Positions 19,121 to 29,936 of a stretch of DNA of 64,000 nucleotides are shown here, one piece after another. How positions within the stretch are numbered: position 1 is the stretch's first letter; the number at the start of each line of letters is the position of its first letter. Both the position numbers and the translations under genes were made by a program. The DNA is taken from NCBI GenBank assembly GCA_944332295.1, contig CALVJR010000002.1, forward strand, positions 72,589 to 136,588. Direction: 5' to 3'. The notes beneath the pieces are model-generated. The model had not been told where the DNA came from and ran no database searches. It worked only from the letters and a program-made list of their open reading frames with translations. Source of the DNA: an uncultured Bacilli bacterium. GTDB taxonomy: Bacteria > Bacillota_I > Bacilli_A > RF39 > UBA660.

Positions 19121-20515
19121 TTGGTGATGAAAATGAAATATGATGTTGTAATTATAGGAGCAGGACCAGCAGGGTTATTTACAGCGTATGAACTTATCAC
19201 AAAAAATAAGAGTTTAAAAGTGGCTTTAATGGATAAGGGTCAAAAAGTAAAAACTAGATTTTGTCCTATGAATAAATATAAAACAAAGTGTGTAAATTGT
19301 AATCCTTGCCGTATTTTATCTGGTTATGGTGGTGCTGGTACGTTTTCTGATGGAAAATTGAATTTTATTCCTAAACTTGGGAAAAGTGATTTATTTAAAT
19401 ATATGAGTGAAAGTGAAGCTAATCAACTGATTGATGATACTGAAGAGATATTTACTAAGTTTGGTATGGATAGTGAGGTTTTTCCTAGTAATATGGAGGA
19501 AGCATTAGAGATTAAGAGAAAAGTTGCAATCCAAGGTGCTAGGTTATTATTAATTCGTCAAAAACATTTGGGTAGTGATCATTTGCCTGAATATATTGAT
19601 GATTTTAGTAATTATTTAGAAGAGCATGGTGTTACTTTATATGAAAATACAGATGTTTCTGATATAGTTGCTATTGATAATGGATATGAGGTTATTTATG
19701 GAAAGAAGAAGCTTATTGCACGTAAAGTAGTTGTTGCGCCTGGTAGAACAGGGGCAAAATGGATTCAAGAATTAGCTGATAAGTATCATATTCCATATTT
19801 ATCTCAGAGTATTGAAATAGGTGTTCGTGTTGAGGTAAGGAAAGAAATTTTAGAGGCAATTACTAATGTAATATATGATCCTACTATTTTTATACGTACA
19901 GATACTTATGGTGATGAAATCAGAACTTTTTGTACGAATCCTGGTGGATTTGTAGCAAAAGAAAATTATTATGGCTATATTTGTGTTAATGGTCATGCAT
20001 TAAAAGATGTGAAGTCTAATAATAGTAATTTTGCATTTATTAGTCGTGTTCATTTGACTGAACCAGTTACTAATACTAGACTTTATGGTGAATCTATTGC
20101 TAGAATTGCTAATGTATTAGGAGATTCTAAACCAATTATTCAATCTCTTAAAGATTTAAGGAGTGGAAGAAGATCTACTTGGCATCGTATTAATCAAGGA
20201 TTTGTGGAACCAACGCTAAAAGATTGTGTTGCAGGGGACCTTGCTTTGGTTTTACCACATCGTATTATTACTAATATTTTGGAAGGTTTACAAAAATTAG
20301 ATAAGATTATTCCGGGTGTTAATAATGATGAAACGCTTCTTTATGGACCTGAGATTAAATTTTTTAGTAATGAGATTGAAACAGATAATCATTTTAAATT
20401 AAAGTCAGAAGATATTTATTTTATCGGTGATGGTGCTGGTAAAGCTGGAAATATTGTAGTTGCTGCTGCAACTGGATTAGTTGCAGCACGCGATATTTTG
20501 GAGAAGGAGAAGTAG
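19121..20515 (+). CDS. FAD-dependent oxidoreductase (COG2509-like uncharacterised dehydrogenase)
   Basis: N-terminal GAGPAG dinucleotide-binding motif, 464 aa. Confidence 0.55.
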   Translation: MVMKMKYDVVIIGAGPAGLFTAYELITKNKSLKVALMDKGQKVKTRFCPMNKYKTKCVNCNPCRILSGYGGAGTFSDGKLNFIPKLGKSDLFKYMSESEANQLIDDTEEIFTKFGMDSEVFPSNMEEALEIKRKVAIQGARLLLIRQKHLGSDHLPEYIDDFSNYLEEHGVTLYENTDVSDIVAIDNGYEVIYGKKKLIARKVVVAPGRTGAKWIQELADKYHIPYLSQSIEIGVRVEVRKEILEAITNVIYDPTIFIRTDTYGDEIRTFCTNPGGFVAKENYYGYICVNGHALKDVKSNNSNFAFISRVHLTEPVTNTRLYGESIARIANVLGDSKPIIQSLKDLRSGRRSTWHRINQGFVEPTLKDCVAGDLALVLPHRIITNILEGLQKLDKIIPGVNNDETLLYGPEIKFFSNEIETDNHFKLKSEDIYFIGDGAGKAGNIVVAAATGLVAARDILEKEK

Positions 20516-20516
20516 T

Positions 20517-21188
20517 ATGAAAAAAATATTATTAGTGTTTGTTACTATTGCTACACTGTTTACTTTAACAGGTTGTGGTGTGGAAGAAGATTTACTTGGT
20601 ATTTCTTATGATGTTGATGGAAACGAAGCTGCTCTTGATCAATATGATACTGAGAACCCTGTTGTTGCGATGTATGTAGAGGATTACGGATCTATTGTTA
20701 TAGAGCTTTATCCTGATATTGCTCCTAATACTGTTAATAATTTTATTTCTTTGGTAAAATCCGGGTTTTATGATGATAATACTTTTCATCGTTTGGTGAA
20801 GGATTTTGTATTACAAGGAGGAGATCCTAACGGGAATGGTTCTGGTGGTCCTGGATATACTATTAAGGGTGAGTTTAGCGAAAATGGATTTGAAAATGAT
20901 TTAAAACATAATAAATGGGTAGTTTCTATGGCACGTAGTGAGGATTATGATTCTGCGGGTAGTCAGTTCTTTATTATGTTGGGTGAAGCAGAGCATTTAG
21001 ATGGACAATATGCGGCTTTTGGTAAAGTTATTGATGGTAAAGATAATATTAATCGAATTGTTAAAAATGAGGGTATTTCTGATCCTAATTCTGGAAAACT
21101 TACTCATAATTTGACTATTAAGAAAGCAATTATTGATTTAAAAGGAAAAGAATATTCTGATGTTAAAAAGATTGAAAAAAACAGTTAA
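20517..21188 (+). CDS. peptidyl-prolyl cis-trans isomerase (cyclophilin-type) lipoprotein
   Basis: Lipobox LTGCG and the cyclophilin core (FHRLVKDFVLQGGDP...). The start is set at the ATG after GGAGAAGGAG. Confidence 0.8.
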   Translation: MKKILLVFVTIATLFTLTGCGVEEDLLGISYDVDGNEAALDQYDTENPVVAMYVEDYGSIVIELYPDIAPNTVNNFISLVKSGFYDDNTFHRLVKDFVLQGGDPNGNGSGGPGYTIKGEFSENGFENDLKHNKWVVSMARSEDYDSAGSQFFIMLGEAEHLDGQYAAFGKVIDGKDNINRIVKNEGISDPNSGKLTHNLTIKKAIIDLKGKEYSDVKKIEKNS

Positions 21189-21202
21189 GATAAGTAATAT
21201 TC

Positions 21203-21231
21203 TTGAAAAAATAGTTAATATACGTTATAAT
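21203..21231 (+). promoter_or_regulatory. sigmaA promoter (TTGAAA, 17 bp, TATAAT) for the T-box leader
   Basis: Hexamers read directly. Confidence 0.5.
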
Positions 21232-21237
21232 CATTCG

Positions 21238-21461
21238 TAGATGCGATGATACTGAGGAGTAAAAATAGAAAGTCTTTAGAGAGGTTATGGTTGGTGTAAA
21301 TAGCTGATGGACTATTTTGAAGGTAGCAGTGGAGCAGAATTTCTGAAATAGTAGTAAGAAATATCCGTTCATCACGTTACGATGTTGAGATAGGGTTTTT
21401 AATTCTATAAAATAAGGTGGTACCACGAGCTTTCGTCCTTTGGATGAGGCTCGTTTTTTTA
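21238..21461 (+). promoter_or_regulatory. T-box riboswitch leader
   Basis: K-turn-like GATGA...GAGTA near the 5' end. A GAAGGUAGC segment is the specifier-loop candidate. The conserved T-box sequence AATAAGGTGGTACCACG lies at 21411-21427, immediately followed by the terminator hairpin ACGAGC...GCTCGT and T7. Confidence 0.75.
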
Positions 21462-21476
21462 TTAAGAGGTGATGCT

Positions 21477-21923
21477 ATGAGAGGAAAAGTTGTTATTATA
21501 CCTGACGATAGACAAATTTTGGCTGATTCTTTTGGGCGAGATGTATTTTATGGTGAGGATCATATAGAGGTTTATCAGGAATTTTCTGATAAATATCAAC
21601 TTGGTTATTCTTTTTCTAAAGATGATTCTCAATATGCATCTTTAGAAATTGCACGTTTAGGTCATTTTTCTTATAAAACTGAAAATGATACGCGTATTAT
21701 TATTTTTTATTTACCTAAAGAAATAACTGATCAGCAATTGAATTTTTTTGAAGCACATCAATATGAATTTTCTTCTTGGAATATGGTCTTTGCTTATAGC
21801 TTTTCGGAAGATAATAAGGAACAGGAAGTTATATCTTTAAAAGGTTTATCTACAATTTTACAAACGATGCGAGTCAAAAACCAGTTGTTTCGTTCGAATC
21901 AAATAAATTTAAAAAGTAAATAG
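21477..21923 (+). CDS. hypothetical protein (148 aa), first gene downstream of the T-box
   Basis: The ORF starts after the T-box terminator with RBS AAGAGGTGA. I recognise no motifs. Confidence 0.45.
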   Translation: MRGKVVIIPDDRQILADSFGRDVFYGEDHIEVYQEFSDKYQLGYSFSKDDSQYASLEIARLGHFSYKTENDTRIIIFYLPKEITDQQLNFFEAHQYEFSSWNMVFAYSFSEDNKEQEVISLKGLSTILQTMRVKNQLFRSNQINLKSK

Positions 21924-21935
21924 AAGGGTGATGTT

Positions 21936-24347
21936 ATGTTAGATAAAAAATATAATGCGAAAGAAAAAGAAGAAAAATGGTTGAATTATTGGAATGATAA
22001 TAGAATATATCGATTTGTTCCAGATGGTAGAGAAGTATTTTCAATAGATACTCCGCCACCAACAGTAAATGGTAAAATTCATATTGGACATATTTTTTCT
22101 TATTCACAGACAGAAATGATTGCTAGATATAAAAGATTGAGAGGGTATAATATTTTTTATCCTTTTGGTTTTGATGATAATGGTTTACCAAGTGAAAGAC
22201 TTGTTGAAAAAGAGCAGGGTAAAAAAGCTCATGAAATCGGTAGAGAAGAATTTTCAAAATTGTGTTATAAAACTACAGATAGATATGAAGAAGAATTTCA
22301 AGAGTTGTTTAGTAAAATGGGAGTAAGTACTGATTGGGATATTCATTATAAGACAGTTAGTCCTTCAACTATTAAGATTAGTCAGTTATCTTTTTTAGAC
22401 TTAGTCGATAAGGGACATTGTTATCACAGAGAATCTCCTGCTTTATGGTGTAATGAATGTTTAACATCTATTGCTCAAGCCGAGTTAGAAACCAAGACTA
22501 TTAAAACGACATTTAATTATATTAATTTCAAAACAGTAGAAGATGGTGAAGAATTTACTATAGCAACAACTCGTCCGGAATTATTACCAGCTATTGTATG
22601 TGTATTTGTTAATCCTAATGACGATGAACATAATCATTTAATTGGTAAGACAGCACATATTCCCATTATAGATGTAGAAGTACCTATCATGGCTGATGAG
22701 AAGGTTGCTATAGATAAAGGTACGGGTGTAGTAATGTGTTGTACTTTTGGTGATCAGACAGATATTGAATGGTGGAAGAAATATAATTTACCGTTGAAAT
22801 ATATTTTTACTAATGATGGAAGAATTATAGATGATGTACCAAATTATGGCGGATTAAAAATTAAGGAAGCTAGAAAGAAAATTATTGAAGATTTACAAAA
22901 TGGTGGATTTATAGTAAAAATTGAAGAATTAGAGCATGAAGTTCAAACGCATGAAAGATGTGGTAAGGAAGTAGAGTATTCTGTTATGAGGCAATGGTTT
23001 ATAGATACTATGAATCATAAAGAAGATTTTTTGAAAATAGGAAATGAAATTCACTGGCATCCTAGTCATATGAAAAATAGATATAATGAATGGGTTGAAA
23101 ATATTATGTGGGACTGGTGTATATCAAGACAAAGATACTTTGGTGTTCCATTCCCAGTTTGGTATTGTAAAGATTGTGGAGAACCAATATTTGCTAGAAA
23201 AGAAGATTTGCCAGTTAATCCATTAGTGGATTTGCCAAAGGTAGATAAATGTCCTAAATGTGGCTGTACTGAATTTGTTTCTGAAACCGATGTCATGGAT
23301 ACCTGGGCAACATCTTCAGTAACACCATTAATTAATATGCATTATGGTGAAAAAGACAACTATGAAGATATTTTAAAACCTATGAGTTTAAGAACGAATG
23401 CTTCTGAAATTATTAGGACATGGGATTTTTATACAATCGTTAAGAGTTTTTATCATTTTGGCAGGAGACCATGGGATAATGTTATGATTTCTGGATTTGT
23501 TATGGCTGATAAGGGACAGAAAATAAGTAAGAGTAAAGGTAATAGTAAAGTAGAACCGTTATCTCTTATAAATCAATATTCTGCTGATGTGATACGTTAC
23601 TGGGCTGGTTCAGGACGGTTAGGTACAGATATTGTTTATAGTGAAGAAACATTACAAAGGGGACGTAAATTAGTAAATAAGATATGGAATGTATCTAAAT
23701 TTATTGAAATGCATCTTCAAGATTATGAAGATAGAGAGTTTAGTAATTATGAATATATTGATAAATGGATTTTAGGAAAATTTCAAGAAATGGAAAAAGG
23801 ATTTTTAAAATATCTTGATGATTATGAAGTTGGTCTGGCCTTAAATCACTTAGAGAAATTTTTCTGGAATTTTTGTGATAATTACATTGAAATAGTAAAG
23901 CACAGGTTATATCGTCCTGAGGAATTTGGTGAAGAAGCTAGATATTCTGGGCAAAAGACAGTTTATACTTTACTTTATAAGTTGTTGCAAGATTTTAGTA
24001 TATATTTTCCATTCATTACCGAAGAAATTTATCAAGAGTTGTATCGTGAAAAGCAATCTATTCATTTGACAGAAATTAAAGAGTTAAATAATAACTTTGA
24101 TAAAGAAATGAAACTTGGAGATCAAATTGTTGAAATTATTGGTCTCGCTAGAGGAGAAAAAACAAATCATAATGTGTCTTTGAAAACACCAATTAGCTTA
24201 TTAGAATTAGAAGTTACGAAAGAATTAAAGAATGCGATTGAATGTTCAATGCAAGATTTTAAAGCTACTTTATTTATTGAAAACATTCATATGAGTCTTA
24301 TAGATTGCAATTATCATGTTAAAAATATTGAGTTAGAATTAGAATAG
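21936..24347 (+). CDS. valyl-tRNA synthetase paralogue, divergent type (803 aa, lacks the C-terminal coiled coil)
   Basis: PPPTVNGKIHIGH (HIGH), KISKS (KMSKS), the editing-domain TTRPE block and WCISRQRYFGVPFPVWYC are ValRS-family signatures. It differs from the canonical bacterial motifs of the downstream copy. Confidence 0.65.
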   Translation: MLDKKYNAKEKEEKWLNYWNDNRIYRFVPDGREVFSIDTPPPTVNGKIHIGHIFSYSQTEMIARYKRLRGYNIFYPFGFDDNGLPSERLVEKEQGKKAHEIGREEFSKLCYKTTDRYEEEFQELFSKMGVSTDWDIHYKTVSPSTIKISQLSFLDLVDKGHCYHRESPALWCNECLTSIAQAELETKTIKTTFNYINFKTVEDGEEFTIATTRPELLPAIVCVFVNPNDDEHNHLIGKTAHIPIIDVEVPIMADEKVAIDKGTGVVMCCTFGDQTDIEWWKKYNLPLKYIFTNDGRIIDDVPNYGGLKIKEARKKIIEDLQNGGFIVKIEELEHEVQTHERCGKEVEYSVMRQWFIDTMNHKEDFLKIGNEIHWHPSHMKNRYNEWVENIMWDWCISRQRYFGVPFPVWYCKDCGEPIFARKEDLPVNPLVDLPKVDKCPKCGCTEFVSETDVMDTWATSSVTPLINMHYGEKDNYEDILKPMSLRTNASEIIRTWDFYTIVKSFYHFGRRPWDNVMISGFVMADKGQKISKSKGNSKVEPLSLINQYSADVIRYWAGSGRLGTDIVYSEETLQRGRKLVNKIWNVSKFIEMHLQDYEDREFSNYEYIDKWILGKFQEMEKGFLKYLDDYEVGLALNHLEKFFWNFCDNYIEIVKHRLYRPEEFGEEARYSGQKTVYTLLYKLLQDFSIYFPFITEEIYQELYREKQSIHLTEIKELNNNFDKEMKLGDQIVEIIGLARGEKTNHNVSLKTPISLLELEVTKELKNAIECSMQDFKATLFIENIHMSLIDCNYHVKNIELELE

Positions 24348-24364
24348 TGTAAGGAGGATGAGTT

Positions 24365-26908
24365 ATGTTAGATAAAAAATATAATCATGTAGAAGTTGAA
24401 AAAAATAAGTATGAAGAATGGAAGAGTAAAGGCTATTTTAAGTCTGATAGTAAGAGTGATAAAACACCTTATTGTATCGTAATACCTCCTCCAAATGTAA
24501 CTGGAAAGCTTCATTTAGGTCATGCCTGGGATACAACGCTTCAAGATATTTTGATTCGTTATAAGAGAATGCAAGGATATGACGCATTATGGCTTCCGGG
24601 TATGGATCATGCGGGTATTGCGACTCAAGCTAAAGTTGATAAACGTCTTCGGGATATAGGAATAAATCCTCGCGGGATCTCTCGTGATGAATGGCTTAAT
24701 CATGCTTGGAGTTGGAAAGATGAGTATGCAAATACTATTCACGAGCAATGGGCAAAGTTAGGACTAAGTCTTGATTATACGAAAGAAAGATTTACTTTGG
24801 ATCAAGGACTTAATGATGCAGTTAATTATGTGTTTGTTAAACTTTATGAAAAGGGTTTAATTTATCGAGGAGAAAGAATTATCAACTGGGATTCAGTTCA
24901 GATGACTGCTCTTTCTAATGAGGAAGTTATTTATAAAGAAGATAAGGGTGCTTTTTATCATATTAAGTATTTTATTACTGGAACAGATGATTATTTGGAT
25001 GTAGCGACGACTCGTCCTGAAACTCTATTTGGTGATACAGCAGTTGCAGTTAATCCAAAAGATGAACGTTATAAGCATTTGATTGGAAAAACGGTTATTT
25101 TACCAATTGTTAATAAGGAAATTCCTATTGTTGGTGATATGCATGCTGATCCAGAGTTTGGTACTGGTGTTGTTAAGATTACACCTGCTCATGATCCTAA
25201 CGATTATGAAGTAGGAATGCGTCATAATTTGCCTAGAGTTGTGGTTATGAATTTAGATGCTACCATGAACGAGAATGCTCCTGGATATGAAGGAATGACT
25301 CGTGAGGAGTGTCGTGAAAAATTATTAGAGGATTTGAAAGAGAAAGATTTATTAATTCGTGTTGAAGAAATGGTACATAACGTTGGTCATAGTGAGAGAA
25401 GCGATGCGGTAGTTGAGCCAACACTTTCTAAGCAATGGTTTGTTAAAATGCGTCCTCTTGCCGATCGAGTTTTAGAAAATCAAAAAAATAAAGATACAAA
25501 AGTTAATTTTGTACCTGAGCGATATGAGAAGACAATGAACCATTGGATGGAAATTACCTATGACTGGTGTATTTCTAGACAATTATGGTGGGGACATAGG
25601 ATTCCTGCTTGGTATCGTGGAGATGAAGTTTATGTTGGAGTTGTTGCTCCAGAAGGAGATGGCTGGGTACAAGATGAAGATGTTTTGGATACTTGGTTTT
25701 CATCAGCTTTATGGCCATTTTCTACCTTGGGCTGGCCAGAAGAGACTGAATTATTTAAAAGATATTATCCCAATAACGTATTAGTTACTGGTTATGATAT
25801 TATTCCATTCTGGGTAAATCGTATGACTTTCCAAGGGTTAGAATTTACTGATAAACGTCCGTTTAAAGATTGTCTTATTCATGGACTTATTCGTGATAAA
25901 GAAGGGCGTAAGATGAGTAAGTCTTTAGGTAATGGTGTTGATCCTATGGATGTTATTGACGAGTATGGTGCGGATAGCTTACGTTTCTTTTTAACAACCA
26001 ATACAGCCCCTGGTACTGATTTACGTTATGATGAGGAAAAAGTTAAATCTACTTGGAATTTTATTAATAAATTATGGAATGCATCTCGTTATGTTTTAAT
26101 GAATATTGAAGATTTAACGAAAGAAAAAATTACATTTAATCATTTAAGTAAAGCAGATAAGTGGATTTTGACAGCTAAAAATTATTTAATCCAAGAAGTT
26201 ACTAAAAATATGGATAGTTATGATTTTCATAATGTAGGTAATACTTTGTATCAATTCATTTGGGAAGATTTTTGTGATAATTATATAGAACTTAGTAAAG
26301 CATTGATGAATGATACTACTAAGAGTGTTTTATTAGATGTTCTTACAACAATTTTGAAGTTACTTCATCCATTTATGCCTTATGTAACGGAAGAAATTTA
26401 TTCTATGTTACCAGTGAAAGATACTGAGTCTATCATGATTAGTTCTTATCCTATATATAATGAAAAAGAAGTTTATGCAGAGGATTATGAAAATGTAAAA
26501 AAAGTGATTACTGATTTAACAGAGATTCGTAATTTAAAAGTTACAAATGGTGTTAAGAAGGATGCTAAAGTTCAGTTAGAAACTGATAAAGATTTGGAAT
26601 ATATTTATCGTTCTCAACTAAAAATTGCAGATGATAATTTCATCACTAATAACGATGATATTACTAATTATCAAACGATTTCTTACCAATCTTCTTTGGT
26701 TCAGATTACTTATTATTTTGAAAATGAGGTTAATAAAGAACAATTACAAGAAGAAATTAAGAAACTAAAAACTTCTATCGAAAGACGGGAAAAACTTCTT
26801 TCTAATGAAAATTATGTAAATAAAGCACCAAAGAATATTGTAGATATGGATCGTGAAAAGTTAAAAGAAGAACAAGAAAAACTATTATCTTTACAAGCAC
26901 AATTATAG
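24365..26908 (+). CDS. valS: valyl-tRNA synthetase, canonical bacterial type (847 aa, C-terminal coiled coil)
   Basis: [48 protein letters not shown] and KMSKS, plus the C-terminal coiled coil. Confidence 0.85.
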   Translation: MLDKKYNHVEVEKNKYEEWKSKGYFKSDSKSDKTPYCIVIPPPNVTGKLHLGHAWDTTLQDILIRYKRMQGYDALWLPGMDHAGIATQAKVDKRLRDIGINPRGISRDEWLNHAWSWKDEYANTIHEQWAKLGLSLDYTKERFTLDQGLNDAVNYVFVKLYEKGLIYRGERIINWDSVQMTALSNEEVIYKEDKGAFYHIKYFITGTDDYLDVATTRPETLFGDTAVAVNPKDERYKHLIGKTVILPIVNKEIPIVGDMHADPEFGTGVVKITPAHDPNDYEVGMRHNLPRVVVMNLDATMNENAPGYEGMTREECREKLLEDLKEKDLLIRVEEMVHNVGHSERSDAVVEPTLSKQWFVKMRPLADRVLENQKNKDTKVNFVPERYEKTMNHWMEITYDWCISRQLWWGHRIPAWYRGDEVYVGVVAPEGDGWVQDEDVLDTWFSSALWPFSTLGWPEETELFKRYYPNNVLVTGYDIIPFWVNRMTFQGLEFTDKRPFKDCLIHGLIRDKEGRKMSKSLGNGVDPMDVIDEYGADSLRFFLTTNTAPGTDLRYDEEKVKSTWNFINKLWNASRYVLMNIEDLTKEKITFNHLSKADKWILTAKNYLIQEVTKNMDSYDFHNVGNTLYQFIWEDFCDNYIELSKALMNDTTKSVLLDVLTTILKLLHPFMPYVTEEIYSMLPVKDTESIMISSYPIYNEKEVYAEDYENVKKVITDLTEIRNLKVTNGVKKDAKVQLETDKDLEYIYRSQLKIADDNFITNNDDITNYQTISYQSSLVQITYYFENEVNKEQLQEEIKKLKTSIERREKLLSNENYVNKAPKNIVDMDREKLKEEQEKLLSLQAQL

Positions 26909-26913
26909 TCGAT

Positions 26914-26945
26914 AAGCAATAGAATTTCTATTGCTTTTTTTGTGG
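26914..26945 (+). terminator. rho-independent terminator after valS
   Basis: AAGCAATAGAA...CTATTGCTT hairpin plus T7. Confidence 0.7.
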
Positions 26946-26977
26946 TTGTTTAGTATTCTTATGATAGGAGTGGTTGT

Positions 26978-27829
26978 ATGAGAGAAGTGTTGGATCAACT
27001 AATTGCTGGTGATGATTTTGATAAGGTGTTAGTAGAACATCAATTGGATAAGTATGAATTATTAGCATTTTTACGTCAAGAGGTGCTTGCATATAAAAAA
27101 GAATTTGATTTAAATCAAAGAGAACAATTGAAATCCATTTATTTAAAATTTTATAGTATGGTAGATTTAACAGGACAAAAAGTGGCTTTTGTTTCTGATA
27201 CTCATTTTGCCAGTAAATATGAAAATACTGAATATTTTCCCGTGGTTTTAGACTTTTGTCGTAATCATGGGATTTTTTATTTATTTCATGGTGGGGATAT
27301 TGGTGATGGGATGGTAGAGGCTCGAAGGGAATATCAAACACATTTAAAACAGATAGATCATATTGTGGATGTATATCCAGAAGATAAGTATATTCGTCAG
27401 TATATACTTGGTGGTAATCATGATGCTAAATACATGAAAAATGGTTATGATATATTAAAGATTTTATCTACAGAAAAACGTAATGTTTTTCCTTTAGGAT
27501 ATTTACAATCTTATTTTACTGTTTTTGGATATCCTATTTCTTTTGAACATCATTCTAAAATTCGTTTGCAATATCGGTTAGTAGAATTTCCATTTGTTAT
27601 TACTGGTCATGCACATAAAAGCCGATTTGCTGATGATTTTATTAAACTACCTACACTTAGTGATGATATTCATTATAAAAATTTGCCTGAAGGGGTACCT
27701 GGGTTTGTGGTTATGGAGACAACTTCTTATGGAATACATTTTGATATTACTCTTTCAAGATATTCTTTTGATTCATCGGAACCTAGAAAAGAAGAGGCTT
27801 ATACATATCAGTTTATTAAAAAATTATGA
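26978..27829 (+). CDS. calcineurin-like metallophosphoesterase
   Basis: VAFVSDTHF, GGDIGDG and GGNHD motifs. Confidence 0.6.
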   Translation: MREVLDQLIAGDDFDKVLVEHQLDKYELLAFLRQEVLAYKKEFDLNQREQLKSIYLKFYSMVDLTGQKVAFVSDTHFASKYENTEYFPVVLDFCRNHGIFYLFHGGDIGDGMVEARREYQTHLKQIDHIVDVYPEDKYIRQYILGGNHDAKYMKNGYDILKILSTEKRNVFPLGYLQSYFTVFGYPISFEHHSKIRLQYRLVEFPFVITGHAHKSRFADDFIKLPTLSDDIHYKNLPEGVPGFVVMETTSYGIHFDITLSRYSFDSSEPRKEEAYTYQFIKKL

Positions 27830-27912
27830 TGCTTTGTAAATTTTTGAAAGTGTCTTTTTTTTCGACAAATATTTTACTTTCTTTTTGATATTCTGTAGAT
27901 GGTGATGAAGAA

Positions 27913-28365
27913 ATGAAAAAGACAATGTTATTAGCTGTAATTTTTGTAGTGCTTGGTGCTGTTTGTGGTAATTATTTATATCAGAAAGCACCTGATAGTA
28001 TTTCTGTATTCCAAGAAGATAATGCTTATTATTTTTTACAGGAGGGAGTTTATTCATCTAAAGAGATTATGCAGGAGAATGTCGGTGATTTAGCGAATAA
28101 ATTAACAGTTTTAGATGATAATAAGTATTATGTATATGTTGGTATTACTAAAAGTCGTGAAAATGCAGAAAAAATCCAAAAGATTTATAAGAATATGGGA
28201 TATCAGATTTATATTAAAGAAGTAAAATTAGATAATGAAGAGTTTTCTAATAATGTAGTTCAATTTGATTTGTTAGTAAAAGAGTCAGATTCTACGGATG
28301 ATATTTTAACTATTGAAGAAGTTGTACTTGCTAATTATGAGGAATTAATTGGAACAGGAATGTAG
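27913..28365 (+). CDS. membrane-anchored hypothetical protein, possibly with a SPOR-like C-terminal domain
   Basis: N-terminal TM; the C-terminal region is weakly SPOR-like. Confidence 0.3.
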   Translation: MKKTMLLAVIFVVLGAVCGNYLYQKAPDSISVFQEDNAYYFLQEGVYSSKEIMQENVGDLANKLTVLDDNKYYVYVGITKSRENAEKIQKIYKNMGYQIYIKEVKLDNEEFSNNVVQFDLLVKESDSTDDILTIEEVVLANYEELIGTGM

Positions 28366-28391
28366 AAGTTTTTTCTTATAATAATATAGAG

Positions 28392-29084
28392 GTGATTATT
28401 ATTTATAAGATGAAAGAACTTCCTGATGATGAACGACCTAGAGAGAAGTTGATTATGAATGGTGCTCAGTCATTATCAGATTCGCAGGTATTATCTATTC
28501 TTCTTCGTAACGGATGTCATAATAAAAATGTACATGAATTAGCGATTGAAGTTTTACAAAAATATCCTATTTCCATAATTAAAGAGTGTAGTTATTATGA
28601 TTTTATTTCTGTTAAGGGAATAGGAAAAGTAAAAGCAATCGAAATATTAGCAGCTATTGAATTGGGTAGACGTATTTTTTTACGAGATAAAGAATCATTA
28701 GTTAAATTTCAATGTGCGGAGGATATCTGGAAAGATATTAAATATTATATTGCTGATTTAAAACAAGAATATTTTTATTGTTATTATTTTAATCAAAAAC
28801 AAGAATTATTGGAAAGGAAGTTGTTGTTTATGGGAACTATTAATCGTAGTATTGTTCATCCAAGAGAAATTTTTAAGGAGGCTTATCGTTTGAGTGCATC
28901 TAGTATTGTATGTATTCATAATCATCCTTCTAATCATGTTATGCCTAGTAAAGAAGATGTTTTACTTACTGATCATTTAGTTAAAACTGGCTATGTTCAA
29001 GGTATTCCTATTCGTGATCATATTATTGCAGGAGAAGATTCTTATTATAGTTTTTATGAACATCATAATATTTTAAATCTATAG
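28392..29084 (+). CDS. radC: RadC-family JAB/MPN-domain protein
   Basis: The N-terminus LPDDERPREKL and the JAMM motif HNHPSNHVMPSKED. Confidence 0.8.
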   Translation: MIIIYKMKELPDDERPREKLIMNGAQSLSDSQVLSILLRNGCHNKNVHELAIEVLQKYPISIIKECSYYDFISVKGIGKVKAIEILAAIELGRRIFLRDKESLVKFQCAEDIWKDIKYYIADLKQEYFYCYYFNQKQELLERKLLFMGTINRSIVHPREIFKEAYRLSASSIVCIHNHPSNHVMPSKEDVLLTDHLVKTGYVQGIPIRDHIIAGEDSYYSFYEHHNILNL

Positions 29085-29134
29085 TTGCGAGGCTAATTTA
29101 TTTATATTATAATAAGTTAGAATGGGATGATGTT

Positions 29135-29935
29135 ATGTACAAGAGTAGAAAAAGAAAAAATTTAAATTTTAAAATTGTAGTTATAGCTGTTATCTTTTTA
29201 GTAATATTTGGTCTTACGATTTCTATTAAGATGAATCGTTCTAATTTTTTTGGTGAAGGCATTGTTAAAGATGTAATTACAATGATAGATAAGGTAGTGA
29301 TGTATCCTTTTACGGCTTTAAATGGAGAAAAAGATGTTGATCAGACAGAGAGTTATCTTATCCAAAAAAATGTTAATGCTTCTTTAGAACAAGAAATTCA
29401 AGAACTTAAAGAAGTATTAGATTTAAATAGAACACTTACTGAATATACACCTGTTAACGCTACGATTTTATCTAGAAATAAAAATTATTGGTTTAATCAA
29501 TTAATGATAGATAAAGGATCTAAGGATGGAATAAAAAAGGATATGGCTGTTGTTACTAAACATGGTTTGGTTGGTAAAGTTTCTAGAGTATATAGAAATT
29601 CGAGTGAAATAAAATTAATTACTTCAGATGATGTGAATTATAAAGTTAGTGTTACTATTCAAACTGGTACAGGTGATAGTTATGCTATTTTAAATGGATA
29701 TGATTCTGATACTGAATGTGTAACAGTTACTGGTGTAGATAAAATGAGTACGGTACAAAAAGGGGATACTATTGTTACTAGTGGTTTAGGTGGTATGTTT
29801 CCTGGAGGAATTTATGTAGGTGTTGTACAAGATATAAAAAGTGATAAGTATGATTTAAGTAAAACTCTATATATTAAAACGTCACAGGATTTTAATGATA
29901 TTCATTATGTTACTGTTTTAAAGGAGAAAGAGTAG
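29135..29935 (+). CDS. mreC: rod shape-determining protein MreC
   Basis: N-terminal TM, coiled coil, then the MreC beta domain; followed by mreD. Confidence 0.75.
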   Translation: MYKSRKRKNLNFKIVVIAVIFLVIFGLTISIKMNRSNFFGEGIVKDVITMIDKVVMYPFTALNGEKDVDQTESYLIQKNVNASLEQEIQELKEVLDLNRTLTEYTPVNATILSRNKNYWFNQLMIDKGSKDGIKKDMAVVTKHGLVGKVSRVYRNSSEIKLITSDDVNYKVSVTIQTGTGDSYAILNGYDSDTECVTVTGVDKMSTVQKGDTIVTSGLGGMFPGGIYVGVVQDIKSDKYDLSKTLYIKTSQDFNDIHYVTVLKEKE

Positions 29936-29936
29936 T

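Noticed and set aside
21260-21345. Assignment of the T-box specifier as glycine (GAA-GGU-A register)
   Set aside because: Not adopted: the overlapping GUA register fits the downstream ValRS genes and the genomic tRNA-Val(UAC). Left unresolved pending a covariance-model alignment.
21417-21476. N-terminal extension of the ORF downstream of the T-box
   Set aside because: The extension covers the T-box terminator stem; the true start is at 21477 after its own RBS.
26928-27341. Minus-strand 137-aa ORF
   Set aside because: Overlaps the metallophosphoesterase gene, which has clear catalytic motifs on the other strand.
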